Part shown: one piece after another, positions 59,609 to 64,000 of the stretch | Numbering within the stretch: the stretch's first letter is position 1 | Layout: the number at the start of each line of letters is the position of its first letter | Notes under the pieces: generated by a model | Seen by the model: only the letters and a program-made list of their open reading frames with translations | Databases searched by the model: none | What the model was told of the DNA's origin: nothing | DNA from: an uncultured Heliobacteriaceae bacterium | Lineage (GTDB): Bacteria > Acidobacteriota > Blastocatellia > RBC074 | Assembly: GCA_964631865.1 (NCBI GenBank) | Contig: CAZWAK010000004.1 | Coordinates: 31,278-95,277, forward strand | Direction of reading: 5' to 3' | Length of the DNA stretch: 64,000 bases | Position numbers and translations under genes: made by a program

Positions 59609-59974
59609 CTACAGATGTCGGGCCACAGCAGTCAGCAATTCTGCTTCGACAAACGGTTTCGTCAAATAGGCATCTGCGCCTTGCCGCATGCCCCAGAATT
59701 TATCGCTGTCCTGATTCTTGCTGGTCAGCATAATGACCGGAATGTTTTTGGTATTGTCCGTCGTTTTCAATGTGCGGCAAATCTGAAAGCCGTTTTGGCC
59801 GGGCAAAATCACGTCCAGCACAATCAGATCGGGCTGCTCGGCGGAGGCTTTGCGCAGTGCTTCCTCGCCGTCCACCGCCGTGATGAGGCGATAGCCTTGC
59901 GTTTCCAGACAACTGGTGGCCAGTTTCATTTGAGTCGGGCTGTCATCCACGACCAGAATTTTCGCTTGAGGCAT
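59609..59974 (-). CDS. single-domain response regulator (PilH-like)
   Basis: VVDDSPT, VLDVILP..NGFQICR, DKFWGMRQGADAYLTKPF; AAGGAG RBS. Confidence 0.9.
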   Translation of the reverse strand: MPQAKILVVDDSPTQMKLATSCLETQGYRLITAVDGEEALRKASAEQPDLIVLDVILPGQNGFQICRTLKTTDNTKNIPVIMLTSKNQDSDKFWGMRQGADAYLTKPFVEAELLTAVARHL

Positions 59975-59994
59975 AAGATTACTCCTTTGGAAAG

Positions 59995-60021
59995 GTAGCG
60001 CGATTTGGCAAATCGCGTTAC
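59995..60021. repeat. REP-like hairpin
   Basis: GTAGCGCGATTTGGCAAATCGCGTTAC. Confidence 0.88.
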
Positions 60022-60054
60022 GTTCATTGTTCAGTTGCGGAGCCGTGTTGAGCA

Positions 60055-61407
60055 TTAAACGCTCTGCGCCTGTTGGCAGTGCATATCAATGAGCTGCAAC
60101 AGGCTGTCAATTTCAAATGGTTTGGTGATGTACGCGGTCGCCCCGACCATGCGCCCGCGCAGCTTGTCGAAGATGCCATCTTTGCCCGACAGCATAATGA
60201 CGGGCACGCTGCGTGTGATGGCGTTGCCGCGAATCATTTTGCAAAGCTGATAGCCGTCCATGTGCGGCATATTGATGTCGGACAAAATCAAGTCCGGCAC
60301 GACTTCTTTGAGCTTGTTCAGCGCGTCCAATCCGTTCGTGGCGGACAGCACCTGATGCCCGTATTTTTCCAACGTCATCTTCACGAGCTTGCGAATCGTC
60401 GGGCTGTCATCCACGACCAGAATCGTGTATGCGCCCGCTGCTTCTGGCGCGGAAATGGATGTGGGGTCAGCGAGCGGAGACGGTGTGTTGGTGGCGGCGG
60501 TCAACGCCTGTTCGGACAAGGCTGCCGATTCGCTGACGCGCTCCAACAAACTTTCGACCTGCGCTTTGAGGCGCGCGTCTTTGAGCTTTAGCTCCGACGC
60601 ACGGCGCAGATATTTCGCGCCCTCGTCGAGCCGATTCAAATTCAAATAACCCAGCCCCAGATGGAACAGCGTGTGGTACTCGACCTGCTCTCCGGCGGCT
60701 TCGTATTGGTCTTCGAGCCGTCGCACCGCCTCGCGCACCAACGAGAGATTGACTGCTTTGTTGTCGAGAATTTCGTCCAGACTCGTCAGCGATATGACGG
60801 CCTGACAATGCGGGCAACGCGGCATCGCGCACATCGCTTCGTATTCGCAAAGCGGACAGCACCAGCCCGAAGACGAATGCGTACTCGCAGAGGCAGACGC
60901 CGCGACAGTCGTCGGCGCGTAGGTTGGTGGTTGTACGGCAGGCCGCAATTTTTCCAGCCAGGCCTGCGCGCGTTCGTTCTGCGGGTTGATTTGCAACACG
61001 TGCGTCGTGTAGCGCGCGGCTTCGTCCACATCTTTCGCCAGCGTGGCCAGCCATAACCACGCGACTTCATTGCGCGCATCGAGTTGCGTCAGTTCCAATA
61101 ACAATTCGCGCGCTTCTTCTTTGCGATTGTGGCGCGCGGCGTGGATGCCTTCCTGCAACAGCAGTCGTTTCAAACCACTGACGGCTTGTTCCTGCTGCGG
61201 GTTGAGTTGGCAAACCCGCCGCCAGCACCGCAGGGTTTCCTGGGGCGTGACCGCCACCGAGGCCAGCCATAACCAGGCTAGTTCATTGTCCGGGTGCGTG
61301 GCCGTCACTTGTTCCAGCAACACGCGCGCGGCTTGCTTATCGCCCGACAGTGCTGAGGCAATGGCTTCTTGCAGGAGCGCTACTTTGGGATGTGCGGATG
61401 AGTTCAT
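60055..61407 (-). CDS. PilG-like response regulator with N-terminal TPRs and a zinc ribbon
   Basis: NELAWLWLA x2 TPRs; CPLC..CPHC; REC VVDDSPTIRK, LSDINMP, LSGKDGIFDKLRGRMVGA. Confidence 0.88.
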   Translation of the reverse strand: MNSSAHPKVALLQEAIASALSGDKQAARVLLEQVTATHPDNELAWLWLASVAVTPQETLRCWRRVCQLNPQQEQAVSGLKRLLLQEGIHAARHNRKEEARELLLELTQLDARNEVAWLWLATLAKDVDEAARYTTHVLQINPQNERAQAWLEKLRPAVQPPTYAPTTVAASASASTHSSSGWCCPLCEYEAMCAMPRCPHCQAVISLTSLDEILDNKAVNLSLVREAVRRLEDQYEAAGEQVEYHTLFHLGLGYLNLNRLDEGAKYLRRASELKLKDARLKAQVESLLERVSESAALSEQALTAATNTPSPLADPTSISAPEAAGAYTILVVDDSPTIRKLVKMTLEKYGHQVLSATNGLDALNKLKEVVPDLILSDINMPHMDGYQLCKMIRGNAITRSVPVIMLSGKDGIFDKLRGRMVGATAYITKPFEIDSLLQLIDMHCQQAQSV

Positions 61408-61638
61408 CGTCTACTCTTTGGCCTCTCTCTTTTGAGCTTTCTACGGGATTACCGTGGCAGGCCCGGGCAAGAGACGGGCGCAAAGACTCCGAGCGGTGCA
61501 GGGCAATTTTCGTACCACCGCTACAGGCAAGGAATTGTTAGGGTTTTGGCAGCTTTTTGCCGCAATTCGGGGCGGAGTGACATTCTCCGGCAAAGCCTAA
61601 GTACCGCGATTTGTCAGCGATTGAGGCCGGAACAGTGC

Positions 61639-61827
61639 TGCGAGCGGTAGCGCACTGGGATGAAGCTAACGAATGGGGGAGGAAAAGAGAGATTACGAAA
61701 CACACGAAATAAACAAAACATACGAAAAAGCCTCCGGTTCTCCCTCGAACTTCCGTCTCTTTCGTTCTTTTCGTGTGTTTCGTAATCTCTTCTTTCTTAG
61801 CTTCATCCCAGTGCGCTACCGCTCGCA
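61639..61827. repeat. nested palindrome: 31-bp outer inverted repeat enclosing a nonamer-arm palindrome
   Basis: TGCGAGCGGTAGCGCACTGGGATGAAGCTAA at 61639-61669 / 61797-61827; inner 22-bp inverted repeat 61688-61709 / 61769-61790 with ACGAAA 9-mers. Confidence 0.93.
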
Positions 61828-62051
61828 CGTACTCGTCCGGCAAAGAAATGTAAGAGCTTTATTAGACCTCTGTCTCAGCATTCTTTGCTAGATTACGCGC
61901 CTCAGCGGAGTCTGGGCGCTCCCCCTCCGACTCGGCGTGGCAATCCTTTGGTGAGCCTCTGATAGGATTGCCAGCAAGTGGCAGCGCCACAACCCTTCCG
62001 CGTGCTTGTTCTGCCACGGCCTCACGAGATGAATCGTACTTGTCGAGTTGC

Positions 62052-64000
62052 ATGATAACCGTACCCTTGCCAGCGAATGAAGATGCCCGGCTGACGGCGT
62101 TGCACCAGGCCCATATCCTAGACACGCCGCCCGAAGAGCGTTTCGACCGCCTTGCCCAATGCGCCGCCGAAATGTGCGAAGTGTCCCACGCTGCCATCTG
62201 CTTTGTGACGGCGGATTCGTGTTGGCCGAAGTCGCAGTACGGTTGTGAACTGACGGAGATTCCGCGCGATGACAGCTTCGCGGGCTGGGTGGTGGCGGGG
62301 ACAGAACCTTTGCTGGTTCCCGATACGACGCTGGATGACCGCTTCAAAAATAATCCGTGCCTGACGAATGAAATGCCTGTCCGCTTTTATGCGGGCGTGC
62401 CGCTCGTCACGTCGGACGGCTATGCGATTGGCGTCCTGGCCGTCTTTGATGTGCAACCGCGCGTCCTGGAACCGGCGCGGATCAAGTTGCTTCAGCATCT
62501 GGCCAATTTGGTGATGGGGCAAATCAACCTGAACGGCCTGGCACAGGCATTGACCGCTGCTACCGTTGAATGTGAACAACTCAAGACGCGGCTGGCACTC
62601 AACGAAAAGCTGCTGCACCGCGTGGAAGAACACGGCACGCGGCAAGCGCAAAACATTCTCGCCCTCAAACAAAAGCTCCAGGATTTGGAAACCGATGGCG
62701 AGCGGTACTCGCTCATTGCCCAAAGCTCCAACGATGGCATTTGGGACTGGGATTTGAAGACGGACAAAGTCTTTTTTGATGAACGCTGGAGAGCGATTGT
62801 CGGATACGAGGCGCAGGATGAGTGGACGGATTCGATCAACGAATGGATGGATCGTATTCACGCCGAAGACCTGGAACTGTTCAAGACCGAGATCGAAGCC
62901 TGTTTGACCGGCTGGACGTCCACCTTTAAAAATGAGCATCGCTTGCAACATCACGATGGCTCGCATCGGTGGGTGTTGGCGCGTGGGATGGCCGCGCGGC
63001 ACGAAGATGGCACGGTCTATCGCGTGGCCGGTTCCATCATTGACATCACGGACAACAAAGGGGCCGAGCAGCAATTGCTGCACAATGCGTTTCACGATGT
63101 GTTGACGGGCTTGCCGAACCGCGCCTTGTTTATGGATCGGCTCAAACGGTCGCTCAATCGCGCGAAATATCGGCCCGATTATTTGTTCGCCGCCTTGTTC
63201 TTAGACCTGGATCGCTTCAAGGTCATCAACGACAGCTTAGGCCATCAGGTGGGCGATGAACTGTTGGTGGGCATTGCGCGGCGGCTGGAAAAATGCATGC
63301 GTCCGGGCGATATGATCGCGCGGCTCGGCGGCGACGAATTTGCCGTGATTCTCGATAATCTGAAAAGCACTGATGACGCAATTCACGCGGCGGATCGTTT
63401 GCACCAGGAGATGACCGTGCCGTATCTGCTGAGCGGACGTGAAGTCTACGCTTCGGCCAGCATTGGCGTGGCGCTGAGTCAGGCGCATCACGAAAGTGCG
63501 CAGGATTTTTTGCGCGCGGCAGACACGGCGATGTATCACGCCAAGAGTCGCGGGCGCGGTTGTGTCGAGTTGTTCGATACGGAAATGCACGCGCGTGCGC
63601 TCGGACAATTGCAAATCGAAACCGATTTGCGCCGCGCGTTGCAACGCGAAGAGTTTCGCATTTTCTATCAGCCGATTGTTTCGACCGAGTCGCGGCAAGT
63701 GCGCGGCTTTGAAGCGTTGGTGCGCTGGGAGCATCCCGAAGAAGGTTTGTTGTCGCCCATCCGATTTATGCAGGTGGCCGAAGAAACCGGTCTGGTGCTG
63801 CCGATAGATCAATGGGTGTTGCACGATGCGTGTTTGCAATTGCGTGCCTGGCAAAACGAGTTTCCCATGAACCCGCTGCTTTCGGTGAGCGTGAACTTGT
63901 CGGGCAAACAATTCGCGCATCCTGATTTGTGCGACAAAGTGCGCGCGATTCTCGATGAAACCGGCGTGATCCCGCTCAGCGTCAAATTGGAGATCACGGA
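62052..64000 (+). CDS. GAF-PAS-GGDEF-EAL c-di-GMP signalling protein (3' end outside the window)
   Basis: absent from the ORF track because no stop lies in the window; MITVPLPANEDARL..ILDTPPEERFD (GAF), GIWDWD (PAS), RPGD..RLGGDEF, GFEALVRW. Confidence 0.92.
   Translation, partial: MITVPLPANEDARLTALHQAHILDTPPEERFDRLAQCAAEMCEVSHAAICFVTADSCWPKSQYGCELTEIPRDDSFAGWVVAGTEPLLVPDTTLDDRFKNNPCLTNEMPVRFYAGVPLVTSDGYAIGVLAVFDVQPRVLEPARIKLLQHLANLVMGQINLNGLAQALTAATVECEQLKTRLALNEKLLHRVEEHGTRQAQNILALKQKLQDLETDGERYSLIAQSSNDGIWDWDLKTDKVFFDERWRAIVGYEAQDEWTDSINEWMDRIHAEDLELFKTEIEACLTGWTSTFKNEHRLQHHDGSHRWVLARGMAARHEDGTVYRVAGSIIDITDNKGAEQQLLHNAFHDVLTGLPNRALFMDRLKRSLNRAKYRPDYLFAALFLDLDRFKVINDSLGHQVGDELLVGIARRLEKCMRPGDMIARLGGDEFAVILDNLKSTDDAIHAADRLHQEMTVPYLLSGREVYASASIGVALSQAHHESAQDFLRAADTAMYHAKSRGRGCVELFDTEMHARALGQLQIETDLRRALQREEFRIFYQPIVSTESRQVRGFEALVRWEHPEEGLLSPIRFMQVAEETGLVLPIDQWVLHDACLQLRAWQNEFPMNPLLSVSVNLSGKQFAHPDLCDKVRAILDETGVIPLSVKLEIT

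Noticed and set aside
61455-61530. GGGCGCAAAGACTCCG resembling part of a c-di-GMP-I (GEMM) riboswitch near the GGDEF-EAL and chemosensory genes
   Set aside because: No GGCAAA-stem-GNRA arrangement or matching second stem is visible, and it is on the wrong strand for the adjacent operon. An Infernal search would settle it.

Overview
A 64-kb GC-rich bacterial chromosomal window, most likely Acidobacteriota (Blastocatellia-like). The taxonomy is inferred from the acidobacterial-type VWA protein, the DUF1549/DUF1553 + DUF1501 pair and a TIGR02999-like ECF sigma/Ser-Thr kinase pair. It contains housekeeping genes (rsgA, pepA, smpB, and a rimO-pgpA-cinA-plsY-gpsA operon), sulfatases, peptidases and oxidoreductases, several intact or decayed toxin-antitoxin modules, a Pil/Chp-type chemosensory cluster (48.4-61.4 kb) and a GAF-PAS-GGDEF-EAL gene cut by the window end. 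I saw no rRNA, tRNA, CRISPR array or transposase. Three things stand out. (1) A secreted DUF1573/Ig-like gene, split in the ORF track, reads through an in-frame TGA at the position of the family's CGC cysteine (PS-U-GC), with SECIS-like hairpins just downstream, so it is a selenoprotein candidate. (2) There is a dense, diverse set of about 40-110 bp elements built from 7-, 8- or 9-mer tandem repeats, mostly as inverted arms. They occupy every junction of the rimO-gpsA operon and also lie in frame inside proteins (a signal peptide, a kinase activation segment, a cytochrome-domain linker). (3) A 27-bp REP-like hairpin has a GTAA variant that sits, with an AGGAG tail, 20-22 nt before the start codon of four unrelated genes. 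All product calls come from motif recognition by eye; no database searches were run.
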